The position numbers and the translations under genes were made by a program. The notes below the pieces were generated by a model, which saw only the letters and a program-made list of their open reading frames with translations, was not told the DNA's origin and searched no databases. From NCBI GenBank assembly GCA_018015315.1, contig GCA_018015315.1_3629.1: a stretch of DNA of 64,000 nt; one strand, given 5' to 3'. This document shows positions 10,006 through 18,978 of the stretch, in pieces. This DNA is from a phage. Every line of letters begins with the position of its first letter. Within the stretch, counting starts at the first letter, position 1.

Positions 10006-10986
10006 TTATTTATTAGATTCTTTACGTGCACGAGCCAGAGCTTTAGCGACGTTTTCAGCAATAATATCTTCAGCAGATTTAGCAATGTCATCTACTACGA
10101 CATCACCATCTTTGCCTTGCTCGGTGGTTGCGAACTCTTCTTTAGCTTTTTCAACTTTAGCTTCCAGTTCAGCAATACGAGCTTGAGCTTTTTCCAGCAA
10201 TTCAACAACAGGAGCGTTAGCTTTATCCAGCATGAATTCGACCAGAGATGCGTGGTCTTCTTCAGTGGTGAAGCTTAACGCCTGAGCTTTTTCCAGCATT
10301 TTAGCTTTTTCAACTTCTACCTGAGCCTTGATGATTTCTTCAGCTTTTTCATTGGTAGCTTTCAGTTCTTCGAACTGTTTCAGCAGGTCCAGGTACTCTT
10401 GAGACTTGGTTACGTCTTCCACCGGATTCTCCTCGGTATTTGCGGATTTATCAACATTGTCCACAGCGTCTGTAACAACTTCTTCTGTGGTTTCCTGCGC
10501 CGCTTTAATAAGTTTCCCTTCTTCATCGAAGAGATCAGCGGTCATCTGCTCAAAAACTTGTTGGGTTTTCAACAGAGTGTATTGGTCAACAATACTTAAA
10601 TCTTTACCTTCTTTAGCAGCTTTGTGAATGGTTACGTTATCACAACGTTCTTCTAACCACTGCACACAAGCCTCTGCATCAGCCTGTGCCCACTCCCAAT
10701 CTGGGTGTTCTTTTGCCCAAGCTTCTTCCTCAATCTCGAACCCAAGCAGGTGAGCCAGTGCCTTAGCATCGTCATACCACATATCGAAAAAACGACGCAG
10801 GTATTCTTCAAAACTGAGCTCCACAGTAACTTGGCGAAGTGCCTTAACAATATCGTCTGTTAACTGCTCAGGCTTAAGATCGCTCTTCATTAAAAGAGAT
10901 ACAGGCCGATTGTTAGCGCTATAGCCTTGCGCCTTATGGCACAGGGCAATACCCTTCTCTTTAATAGTGATTGTTTTTTCAGACAT
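10006..10986 (-). CDS. putative scaffolding protein
   Basis: 326 aa, highly acidic, coiled-coil C-terminal half; between portal and capsid genes. Confidence 0.5.
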   Translation of the reverse strand: MSEKTITIKEKGIALCHKAQGYSANNRPVSLLMKSDLKPEQLTDDIVKALRQVTVELSFEEYLRRFFDMWYDDAKALAHLLGFEIEEEAWAKEHPDWEWAQADAEACVQWLEERCDNVTIHKAAKEGKDLSIVDQYTLLKTQQVFEQMTADLFDEEGKLIKAAQETTEEVVTDAVDNVDKSANTEENPVEDVTKSQEYLDLLKQFEELKATNEKAEEIIKAQVEVEKAKMLEKAQALSFTTEEDHASLVEFMLDKANAPVVELLEKAQARIAELEAKVEKAKEEFATTEQGKDGDVVVDDIAKSAEDIIAENVAKALARARKESNK

Positions 10987-11417
10987 TATTCATTGCCCTC
11001 TTCTACAACACTGATCCCGAAATTTACATTGGTAATTTCGCCCGTCTCTTCATCAACATTACCTGTTGCCTGAATGCTTAGGCCACCAACAATGCCAGCC
11101 TTCTTAGCTTCCCATAATTCAGGATTATTGTATTTAACTTTAGCAACCCAAGAGCCAGCCTTGATGACCTGCTCAGTACCAATTACTACAACATCAAACT
11201 CTTCTTGAATCCACGTCTTTTCAATAGTGAAAGCATCTGTAGAGGTCAAGTGGAAAAGGTTTTCAGAAACTAGGCCTGCGGCGTATGCTGCGTCCCAATT
11301 ATCTTTAGCCTTTTTGATGGTGTCTTTACTCATCCACTCACCGTGAGCGTCTTTAGTGTCCGGTTCGTAGATGATTTCGTAGGAAATCATTTCTTCCTGT
11401 GGCATCTTATTCCCCAT
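10986..11417 (-). CDS. hypothetical head morphogenesis protein
   Basis: ORF between portal and scaffold; start uncertain (track ORF overlaps portal 3-prime end, internal ATG chosen); no protease motif seen. Confidence 0.3.
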   Translation of the reverse strand: MGNKMPQEEMISYEIIYEPDTKDAHGEWMSKDTIKKAKDNWDAAYAAGLVSENLFHLTSTDAFTIEKTWIQEEFDVVVIGTEQVIKAGSWVAKVKYNNPELWEAKKAGIVGGLSIQATGNVDEETGEITNVNFGISVVEEGNE

Positions 11418-11472
11418 GTGGATTATTTTATCACGCCAAAGGAGGTTTTGCAACCCCCTGTGTTGATAATTT

Positions 11473-13029
11473 TTAATTTTCCATGTTGGATATGGAATTA
11501 TCTCTGGTTGATGACATCTTAGAAGTGCCGTTGCCAGCGGATCCTGCAGCCATTCCATCGCCAGCCCTACTGATGTCCTGGCCCAAGAGCTTCATTAGCT
11601 CTTCCTGATCCATGTCCTCGTCAAATCTTTCATCAAACCCACCTACTTCAAGAATCTTATTAATTACTGCAGGAGTTTTTGGCAAGTAACCTACAGCACC
11701 GATCCTCTGGACAAACTTGGAGAAGCTCTCCATGTCCACCTCTTCAATCAGGCCAGGTTTCAGTTTAGGCATATCATCATCTTCAAGGATGATACCATTC
11801 AATGCCAGAAGCTGTGGAATAAGATCTTTATTGAAGGCCTCAGTGATAATATCTATATCACGCTGAACAAAATGACCATGGATAGACTGTTTTGACTCAG
11901 ACAGAGAGAAGGATCCGACGTTATCGTTACCGAGGTTAATAAAGCCAGCACCGAAACGGTCAAGAATCGCCTTCTTACGGGCATCAATCAAATCTTTAGT
12001 TGAATACTGCTTGCCCATACCGTCAACCCCCTTCAGGGTCATGGAGTAAAGCTCTTTACCAGACTTATCTCTATCAGACGGAAGTATAAAGAAACTTTGC
12101 TCCCCACTATGGGCGTTTGCTGCGTCAAGCATAAGATCTGCAACCATTCTCCCTTCCATTGAATTCGGGTCAATACTGGCCTTGTTCAAAATATTGGAAG
12201 GAATTTTCAGCTCAAGCACACCACCAAGGTCTTTGGAACAGCCAACAACCTCAAGGTTTTCAATCAAAACTTTCTCACGGAAAGATCTGTAGCAACCTAT
12301 CATCGGTGACACACCTGCAGGGTTAGATTCTGTTCCTGACAGAGTCATGAGCATAAGCTTTTTAGCAGGGATGAAAATTTCAGGCTCATTAAAGCCTTTT
12401 GAAGGCATTGCAGCGAGAGGACCAGCCCAGCGTGCATTCTGCGTGTTTAGAAATGCATTAGGTGATTGATAAATACCTGTCAGTGTTCTACTATTCTTGT
12501 CAAAGACAAACGGCTCTGATCTGGACAAACTGGCCTGTGGTCGGAACGCAATCTTATCAATAAGAAGCATCCCGGCGTATTTACCTTCTTTCTCTCTGCG
12601 GTATACTTTCTCAAACAGTGAAAAACCATACTCGTTAAAGGTAGCTGCGCTTCTTGCAATATCTCGAAGAGTTTGTTGGTTTGCCAAATTACGCAAAGAA
12701 TACTCTATAAGCTCGGCAGCTTTCTTAGAGTCTTCACTTTTAACATTATAAAGGATCTTAAAATCATTAAATGCTTTCGTGATGAAAACATATTTTGTAT
12801 CTAAGGCAGTAGCAACTGTGGAATCACATTTCATAGTCTCCACTGTGGCAATCAGTTGAGGCCAACGCAATTCCTCAACCATCATAGATTGTGATTCTGC
12901 CATAATTTGGGAAAGTGCGCCAGAACCGATCTCACTCATACGAACATTATGAGTTGGTGCGCCTGCGTTCCCAGATTTATTCACAGTTTTGGCTGTGGCG
13001 TTGTGTTTCCTGCGGTTCTTTTTGGACAC
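11473..13029 (-). CDS. portal protein
   Basis: 518 aa ORF directly downstream of terminase large subunit; acidic C-terminus. Confidence 0.6.
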   Translation of the reverse strand: MSKKNRRKHNATAKTVNKSGNAGAPTHNVRMSEIGSGALSQIMAESQSMMVEELRWPQLIATVETMKCDSTVATALDTKYVFITKAFNDFKILYNVKSEDSKKAAELIEYSLRNLANQQTLRDIARSAATFNEYGFSLFEKVYRREKEGKYAGMLLIDKIAFRPQASLSRSEPFVFDKNSRTLTGIYQSPNAFLNTQNARWAGPLAAMPSKGFNEPEIFIPAKKLMLMTLSGTESNPAGVSPMIGCYRSFREKVLIENLEVVGCSKDLGGVLELKIPSNILNKASIDPNSMEGRMVADLMLDAANAHSGEQSFFILPSDRDKSGKELYSMTLKGVDGMGKQYSTKDLIDARKKAILDRFGAGFINLGNDNVGSFSLSESKQSIHGHFVQRDIDIITEAFNKDLIPQLLALNGIILEDDDMPKLKPGLIEEVDMESFSKFVQRIGAVGYLPKTPAVINKILEVGGFDERFDEDMDQEELMKLLGQDISRAGDGMAAGSAGNGTSKMSSTRDNSISNMEN

Positions 13030-13052
13030 AAGCTTTACCCCTCAAAACAGTA

Positions 13053-13081
13053 TAACAAAATAGCCCTCGTGTTAGAGGGCT
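13053..13081 (-). terminator. hairpin between terminase and portal genes (attenuator?)
   Basis: AGCCCTC-GTGTTA-GAGGGCT followed by weak U-tract on minus strand. Confidence 0.3.
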
Positions 13082-13131
13082 AGTATCTCCGATTAATCTA
13101 TTCTACCACATCTAATTAAGATTGGCAACAC

Positions 13132-14679
13132 TTAGATAAAACGCTTGAACATAGAAGGTGATGAGATTGATGGAATCACACAAGGAAGTGCTACCTCCTC
13201 TTTCTCCAGGAAATTAATTGCAGAAGCTACACAGTCAGCCCAGTCGTCTTTTCTGTTAAATGTTGATCTTTCCCCGTTGAATTTTTCAAGTTCGGTCAGA
13301 AATGCTTCCAGAGTATCAGGATGGAAACTGGATTTTACAATCCTCACCATCCCTTGTTGGGCAAGATTGGCAAAAGGTGAGAACCTTGTCAGTTTAGACT
13401 TGTTGGAAGGCATTGGGTCTTCTTCAACCCTGAACCCTTCTGCGAGCAAGGATCTGGATGAGGTTAAGAACTCACTCTTACCTGCCTGACCAGGGTCCAC
13501 AGAGAATACGATTATACAATCATCACCATCAAACTGCGCCTGTTTCCTGATGATCACATCTCGTTCACCAGCCTTTTTACAGAACTTGCCTTCCAGACCT
13601 GTGGAATACCTCCCGTCATCCACGTTTTCAGGACAATAATCCCCTGACAGGTAATAAAATCCGTCGCTATCTTTACTTACCTTAACACTGGCGGTAAAGT
13701 CAGGAAATTTATTACCGGAAGTTCTCTCGGTTCCTGCCTTATCCCATGCCCTGCAAGATACTGATCCAAGGGGTACTCTATCGGCATCACGAAGGAAAGA
13801 TCTTTGAAAATAGTTTGCACCCTCAGGCTTTGCAAACCAGTTACCATGGAGAAGCTGAGCTTTTTCCAGCTCTGGTAGACCTTCGAGGAAAGCAAGGTAT
13901 TCTGGGTTGTCTCTCAAACAGACAGGATTATCGAATATTGTTGCGCCTATGAACGAGAATGACAACGGTCTTGGCTTGATCTCCACACCCAGTCCGTTAA
14001 CCGTGGTGTATTTCTCTATCAACTCTTCCTTAGAGTCTCCCCAAATAAATTCACCGTCGCGTCGGATAAAATATCTTTTCTTACCACATTTCTCCGGATC
14101 TGGATACCCTTCATCGTCCAACCACCATCTAACCAGTTTGGCAAGCATGTGTTCTGAATCAGGGTTACAGCTGATAACCATCCTTGATGGATACTTTGAC
14201 TGAGATCGCAGACGAGACATCAGGTAGTCTATCTGCTCCCATTCGAACTGCGTGCCCTCATCGAAGCAAACCATGGTGTACTCAAGCCCCTGATGGTTAA
14301 GCTTATCTTGTACATACTCCATGTGGCAGTATTTTACAACAGCTCCCTTTTTGCTTCTATCCCACTTGCCAGTGCTCGGATCAAACCGTGGAAAAATGAA
14401 CTTATGATCCTTCTCTCTAAACTTTGGCTTAATGTTTTCAGGCAGATCACTATAAATAGCTACTGCTTTAGGCCATAGTCCACCCTCACCTTCCAACTGC
14501 GGGGTTGTTCTTCGGAACATAACCACAGAGCTGTGGGGGTCATCAATAATTTTAAGCGGCATCAACTGCAAGAGGAACGACTTGCCAGACCCTGCGGCAC
14601 CGCCGATTACCAAAATATCTGCATCGTTTTCGAGGATCATCTTCTGCTTTTCAGAACACGGTCCGTAAATCTTAGACAT
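13132..14679 (-). CDS. terminase large subunit
   Basis: 515 aa; Walker A GGAAGSGKS near N-terminus, Walker B-like VCFDEG, C-terminal nuclease-sized domain. Confidence 0.85.
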   Translation of the reverse strand: MSKIYGPCSEKQKMILENDADILVIGGAAGSGKSFLLQLMPLKIIDDPHSSVVMFRRTTPQLEGEGGLWPKAVAIYSDLPENIKPKFREKDHKFIFPRFDPSTGKWDRSKKGAVVKYCHMEYVQDKLNHQGLEYTMVCFDEGTQFEWEQIDYLMSRLRSQSKYPSRMVISCNPDSEHMLAKLVRWWLDDEGYPDPEKCGKKRYFIRRDGEFIWGDSKEELIEKYTTVNGLGVEIKPRPLSFSFIGATIFDNPVCLRDNPEYLAFLEGLPELEKAQLLHGNWFAKPEGANYFQRSFLRDADRVPLGSVSCRAWDKAGTERTSGNKFPDFTASVKVSKDSDGFYYLSGDYCPENVDDGRYSTGLEGKFCKKAGERDVIIRKQAQFDGDDCIIVFSVDPGQAGKSEFLTSSRSLLAEGFRVEEDPMPSNKSKLTRFSPFANLAQQGMVRIVKSSFHPDTLEAFLTELEKFNGERSTFNRKDDWADCVASAINFLEKEEVALPCVIPSISSPSMFKRFI

Positions 14680-14966
14680 TAACCTCTCTCCTTTGGAAAC
14701 AGTGTTCTAATATAGTCTTGCAAAATGATCAATTTAGCTCTATCATTGCTACAAGACAAATTATTATCCCTCATAATGCCAGAATTTACTGCATCTGGAG
14801 CACCTTTCTTCAAAGGCATAGCTTTAGCAGGTGGTTTCATGGCACCTTCCGGGGGTTTAACAATCAACCTTCCTACATCTGGAGGGTCAATCTTGTATTC
14901 TCTCTCAACGCTGGTTGCACACCCACATAATAACAAGCACACAATAAACAGTGTAGCAACTCTCAT
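14679..14966 (-). CDS. o-spanin-like outer-membrane lipoprotein (Rz1-like)
   Basis: 95 aa; signal peptide with lipobox LLLCGC; Pro-rich mature region; start overlaps stop of upstream gene. Confidence 0.55.
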   Translation of the reverse strand: MRVATLFIVCLLLCGCATSVEREYKIDPPDVGRLIVKPPEGAMKPPAKAMPLKKGAPDAVNSGIMRDNNLSCSNDRAKLIILQDYIRTLFPKERG

Positions 14967-15361
14967 CTACCCTCCTGATTAATACTCTCATTATAAATAT
15001 CTATAAGCTGATCAGGGAGTGTTGACTTCTTACCCTCAGGTGACTGGAGGTAAATAATCTGCTTTTCTTTACCTGCCTTCTCAGCCATATTTAATTTATC
15101 CTGTAGATCAGAAAGGGATTTTTCAAGGTTTTTAACCTCCTCTGCGTGGCCCATTTTAATTTTGTCGGCCTGCTTTTGTTGCTGATCAAGGATCCGTTCC
15201 CACTTTAACTCTGTTGCTGACACACCTTCTTGGTAGGCATCATTAAGCTTAGAGTTAAACCAATACACGGCCCCAAGATAAGCTGTACCTATCGCAGCTG
15301 CAAAAACTAAACCTTTTATGATCCCTCTATACCTGCTCAGCCATGTTAAAACTGAAATCAT
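14963..15361 (-). CDS. i-spanin-like protein (Rz-like)
   Basis: 132 aa; single N-terminal TM segment then coiled-coil periplasmic domain. Confidence 0.55.
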   Translation of the reverse strand: MISVLTWLSRYRGIIKGLVFAAAIGTAYLGAVYWFNSKLNDAYQEGVSATELKWERILDQQQKQADKIKMGHAEEVKNLEKSLSDLQDKLNMAEKAGKEKQIIYLQSPEGKKSTLPDQLIDIYNESINQEGR

Positions 15362-15378
15362 TTTAAGGCTCCAGAAAC

Positions 15379-15410
15379 GAAAAAACCCCGCAGCTATACA
15401 GCTAACGGGG
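15379..15410 (-). terminator. rho-independent terminator
   Basis: CCCCG..CGGGG hairpin followed by TTTTTTCG on minus strand. Confidence 0.4.
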
Positions 15411-15466
15411 CGGGTTAAAATTGAGTAACCTAAATAGATCGAAACTAACTAAAAGGAGACTAATAC

Positions 15467-15736
15467 TTATCGAGGCACTCGGTGGATGATTCTAACAGTA
15501 ACTGCATTTTCATTCATCAAGTATGCATCTACATCTCTGTAAATATAAAACTTCTGCTCACTATCAACAACACAAGCTACCGCCCCTTCAGAGTTGTCTT
15601 CAAAAAAGACCACCACTGCATCGCAGCTGAGTTCATGATATGACTCTCGAAGATTTACAGCCAGAGGATTGAAATCGTCACGAAAATCTACGGTATGGGT
15701 TGGATTTACACGCTCTACAATTTTAAGTGTATACAT
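15467..15736 (-). CDS. hypothetical protein
   Basis: start moved to internal ATG (MYTLKIV) with AAAGGAA RBS because track ORF would overlap tRNA-Pro. Confidence 0.4.
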   Translation of the reverse strand: MYTLKIVERVNPTHTVDFRDDFNPLAVNLRESYHELSCDAVVVFFEDNSEGAVACVVDSEQKFYIYRDVDAYLMNENAVTVRIIHRVPR

Positions 15737-15782
15737 TTTAAAGGTTCCTTTTGTTTGTATATGTTTAAAGTATAACTGAAAG

Positions 15783-15859
15783 TGGTCTCCACGGAGTGAT
15801 TCGAACACTCGACCTCCTGATCCCAAATCAGGCGCTCTACCAAGCTGAGCTACGCGGAG
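15783..15859 (-). tRNA. tRNA-Pro (anticodon TGG)
   Basis: cloverleaf by eye: 7-bp acceptor stem (one G-T), anticodon loop TTTGGGA, T-loop TTCGAAT, encoded CCA. Confidence 0.8.
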
Positions 15860-15870
15860 TATTTACTATT

Positions 15871-15945
15871 TGGTGGCCCTGGGTGGAATTGAACCACCGT
15901 CTGGCGATTATGAGTCGCTTGCTTGAACCTTCCAGCTACAGGGCC
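15871..15945 (-). tRNA. tRNA-Met (anticodon CAT; initiator, elongator or Ile-lysidine not distinguishable)
   Basis: perfect 7-bp acceptor GGCCCTG/CAGGGCC, loop CTCATAA, T-loop TTCAATT, encoded CCA. Confidence 0.8.
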
Positions 15946-15946
15946 T

Positions 15947-16022
15947 TGGTGCTGATGGCAGGACTTGAACCTGCAACATATTGATTACAAATCAATTGCA
16001 CTACCAATTGTGCTACATCAGC
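15947..16022 (-). tRNA. tRNA-Thr (anticodon TGT)
   Basis: acceptor GCTGATG/CATCAGC, anticodon loop TTTGTAA, T-loop TTCAAGT, encoded CCA. Confidence 0.8.
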
Positions 16023-16029
16023 AAAAAGG

Positions 16030-16126
16030 TGCTAGGTGATGGAATCGAACCATCTATGTATTCAACGACTACCTCGTCTATTTTCAGGATTAAAAATCCT
16101 CGCCCTTGCCAAAGGGCTTACCTAGC
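16030..16126 (-). tRNA. atypical type-II tRNA-like gene (Leu-like scaffold, apparent anticodon TTT)
   Basis: perfect acceptor GCTAGGT/ACCTAGC, D-arm, perfect T-arm GATGG-TTCGATT-CCATC, discriminator A; anticodon hairpin AGGATTTTTAATCCT; about 30-nt variable region with GACGA/TCGTT hairpin; CCA not encoded. Confidence 0.45.
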
Positions 16127-16224
16127 TCAGTATGTTGACCATGTTGCTAGTCGGCGATGACGACTGTAACATTTGATAATCCGGTTCTGCTTCCGGCTTT
16201 CGCTTAATTACAAGGTCAACAATG

Positions 16225-16315
16225 TGGCAGAGGATAATGGAATCGAACCATCATCGAGTCATCCTCAACGGGACGGTTTTCAAGACCGCTTGAGCACCAT
16301 TGCTCCCTACCCTCT
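16225..16315 (-). tRNA. tRNA-Ser (anticodon TGA)
   Basis: type-II: acceptor AGAGGGT/ATCCTCT, anticodon loop CTTGAAA, about 20-nt variable arm, discriminator G, encoded CCA. Confidence 0.7.
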
Positions 16316-16432
16316 TTTATTATAAACAATACTGATAATGACACTGATTTTCGAGCAGTTAGTGACTAGTATAAACGACGATAAATACCAATGCCATTAT
16401 CTGTATGATTTATGCATCTAAAAATATAAATT

Positions 16433-16519
16433 TGGTGGGGAGTGGTGGAGTCGAACCACCCGAGTCGCAATGACAATAGATTTACAGTCTACACCGCTAC
16501 CTCTACGGGATAACTCCCC
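16433..16519 (-). tRNA. tRNA-Tyr (anticodon GTA)
   Basis: type-II: acceptor GGGGAGT/ACTCCCC, anticodon loop CTGTAAA, long variable arm, discriminator A, encoded CCA. Confidence 0.8.
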
Positions 16520-16523
16520 AATT

Positions 16524-16598
16524 TGGCACCCCGTACTGGACTCGAACCAGTGTCAACGGCTTAGAAGGCCGCTGCTTTATCCACTAAGCTAACAGGGC
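16524..16598 (-). tRNA. tRNA-Arg (anticodon TCT)
   Basis: anticodon stem-loop GCGGC-CTTCTAA-GCCGT, T-arm ACTGG-TTCGAGT-CCAGT, acceptor with two G-T pairs, encoded CCA. Confidence 0.75.
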
Positions 16599-16694
16599 AC
16601 TGGGTGGCTTTCTTTTACACCTTAGCCGCCAGAAAAGGTGGGAGACCATGTTTACAATATTACACTGTTAAGCAAAGTTTGTCAAGAAAATATT

Positions 16695-17033
16695 TTAGCT
16701 ATTGCTAACAGGCTGTATTTCTGTGGTGAATGGCATAAAAGGTGCTGGTTTTTCAGCCTCTTCTACTACCACCTCTTCCTCTTCACCAAACATCTCATCA
16801 TATTCTTCCTGCATTCGGTCTGCCTTATCAAGAACATACTCTGCAATGCTTTGACGAATATTTTGTTTGGTTTTCGGGTCCAACATCAGCTCTCTTAGAA
16901 CTTTGTGAGCTTCTGGAACCATCGCTATAAAAGATTCCTTCATATCAAGGATGTTCTTCTCTAGCTGAATGGCGTTGGACTCCTCTTTCAGAGGTCTGCC
17001 TCTACGGCGACGCTTTTTAGTTGTATCCGCCAT
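16695..17033 (-). CDS. hypothetical protein (basic N-terminus, acidic C-terminus)
   Basis: start moved to internal ATG (MADTTKKRRRRGRP) with GGAGG RBS. Confidence 0.4.
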   Translation of the reverse strand: MADTTKKRRRRGRPLKEESNAIQLEKNILDMKESFIAMVPEAHKVLRELMLDPKTKQNIRQSIAEYVLDKADRMQEEYDEMFGEEEEVVVEEAEKPAPFMPFTTEIQPVSNS

Positions 17034-17377
17034 GTTTCCTCCATTATCACGTGATAGGTGGATTTTATCATAGCAAATACTGATTGTCAAGTTCGCCGCA
17101 GGGTGGTATTCCCTGCGACTTGTCCAGCGTCCTGGACCAGCAAGACCCAACAAGTGGGTTACCAGAGCCCATTACCGCGCTTTGGCTAGACCTTATTACA
17201 GGTTGGCTGGGGTCACATCGTCATGTGCTGGCTGCCCCTACCATTTTAAGTGTGGTGCACTATCAAGCTCTCTAAGGGGAACTCAGCCTTCTCCGAACCC
17301 TGTTTCAAAGCATCCGGAGATAAAGCCATCAAATTCATCTTTAAATTGGATATTCATCATGATACACGAAAACAACC

Positions 17378-17620
17378 TCATTGTAAAGCACAAATAAATA
17401 AAACATACTTAATTTGTTTGTTATCAGGCTCAGGGTAGAAGTAGAAGATCTTGCTATCACCGATCTGAACACCACCATCCCAACAGCATAGCCCATAACC
17501 CGTATTCATACAAGCTAAGTCGTTGGCAAAATCTATTGCATCATCCAGTGCACGAAATTCACCTTCATCTTCTAAATAATCCTCATTCATGGAACGAAAA
17601 ACGAGCTTAACCTTAAACAT
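17378..17620 (-). CDS. hypothetical protein
   Basis: 80 aa ORF in minus-strand gene run. Confidence 0.4.
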   Translation of the reverse strand: MFKVKLVFRSMNEDYLEDEGEFRALDDAIDFANDLACMNTGYGLCCWDGGVQIGDSKIFYFYPEPDNKQIKYVLFICALQ

Positions 17621-17696
17621 AGCATTACCTGTAGACCTCGTAAGTTAAAATTGTATCACATCATATTGCAGATCTTATCAGGTAACATTATTTTTG

Positions 17697-17885
17697 TCAA
17701 CAGATTCCGGCCTTATCTCGCCTGTCTGTGTATTCTTTAATCGCAACCTCATCTGCATTAGTGACCAGGTCTTCAAAGTAACTCTCAAGCTCCTCGTCAA
17801 TGTCAGGAGACCAGCCCTTTTTCCTGTCAGTGTGAATCGCAGACTTGTTAAACTTAGTACAGTTCTTTGCTACCGGATTGTTCAT
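17697..17885 (-). CDS. hypothetical protein
   Basis: internal ATG (MNNPVAKN) with GAGGGG RBS after stop of upstream gene. Confidence 0.3.
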   Translation of the reverse strand: MNNPVAKNCTKFNKSAIHTDRKKGWSPDIDEELESYFEDLVTNADEVAIKEYTDRRDKAGIC

Positions 17886-17895
17886 TAAGCACCCC

Positions 17896-18474
17896 TCAGC
17901 GTTCATAGTAAATCTTATTTAACATTACCTCATCCTTTGCAGAAAGGATATCTAGATATGCATCACCGAATCTACCTGCAACAACCTCTGCATGATACAT
18001 CACTTCGTTAATATCGTCAAGAGTGATAACTGGATGACCGTATCTCTCTGAGTATTGTCTCAGAGTGCGATGTAGGGAGTCATCATCATAGGCAGACTTT
18101 TTAATATCACAAACACGACGAATAGCCTTGATGTCGAAAAACCCTGTACGATACCAACCAAGAAAAAGGTTTCGTGCAGTGTCAACATCTACATCAATAC
18201 CATTAAGAACCTTATCTACAAGATAGCTGTCATCCTTTGGACCAGCTTCCTTAGTGCGAATGTAGTTGCCATCTTTTCCAGGTGACATCTCCTTCTCATC
18301 ACCAACCTGCATGCCATCATTTGGCGGTGTTAGCCACTTATCCGGATGCTTACGATCACGAGCGTTAGAATGATTACGCTGGAAACCAGGCTTCCACTTG
18401 AAAGTTTTCTCCATCTGTTCTTCATTCTGATAACGTTTTGCAATCTTTTCACGGTCATCTTTGCGTGAACCCAT
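17896..18474 (-). CDS. hypothetical protein
   Basis: 192 aa ORF; no recognisable motif. Confidence 0.45.
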   Translation of the reverse strand: MGSRKDDREKIAKRYQNEEQMEKTFKWKPGFQRNHSNARDRKHPDKWLTPPNDGMQVGDEKEMSPGKDGNYIRTKEAGPKDDSYLVDKVLNGIDVDVDTARNLFLGWYRTGFFDIKAIRRVCDIKKSAYDDDSLHRTLRQYSERYGHPVITLDDINEVMYHAEVVAGRFGDAYLDILSAKDEVMLNKIYYER

Positions 18475-18978
18475 AGCTGCCTCCTCTTCAAGTTATAGAA
18501 AAACTCACTGTATCACTTTGTAACGAGCTTTTCTATCAAACTGGTGCGATTGCATTACCTGGTATAGTTTATATAGCTGTGGAGCGATTTAGGGGCCTTC
18601 TTGTCAGTTTCCACACATAAACTTCATCCAAGCTCGCGCGGGAGACTCTCAACCGACTCCTTACGGCGCTGGCAAGCTTTCGTCGGTGGTCCACATCAGT
18701 GCTCGGCCTTTGGCCTGCGCTATCGCTTCGCTCCCACACATGTTAACAGACCTGCATGTATGCACTTCTGTTATTGTGTGCACCAAGGAGGCCCGGCATC
18801 TCGCCCATCGTAGGCGAGTGCCAATGAAGGGCCGACACTACCTATAGTAAGTAATAATTTTAAAACATGGTACTTAGGATCTAGTATATTCTACATAAGT
18901 TAAGTATATGTACTTAGTACCATAAGTACTAGATCTTTTATTTTTTATTATTTAGTTATTTTAGTTATATTCTTTATG

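Noticed and set aside
14963-15361. Small terminase subunit upstream of the large subunit
   Set aside because: The protein has an N-terminal transmembrane segment and coiled coil and is paired with a Pro-rich lipoprotein, which fits a spanin better than a DNA-binding small terminase.
18601-18813. 70-aa plus-strand ORF in the GC-rich island
   Set aside because: No RBS, plus-strand orientation inside a minus-strand block, composition unlike neighbouring genes; treated as non-coding.
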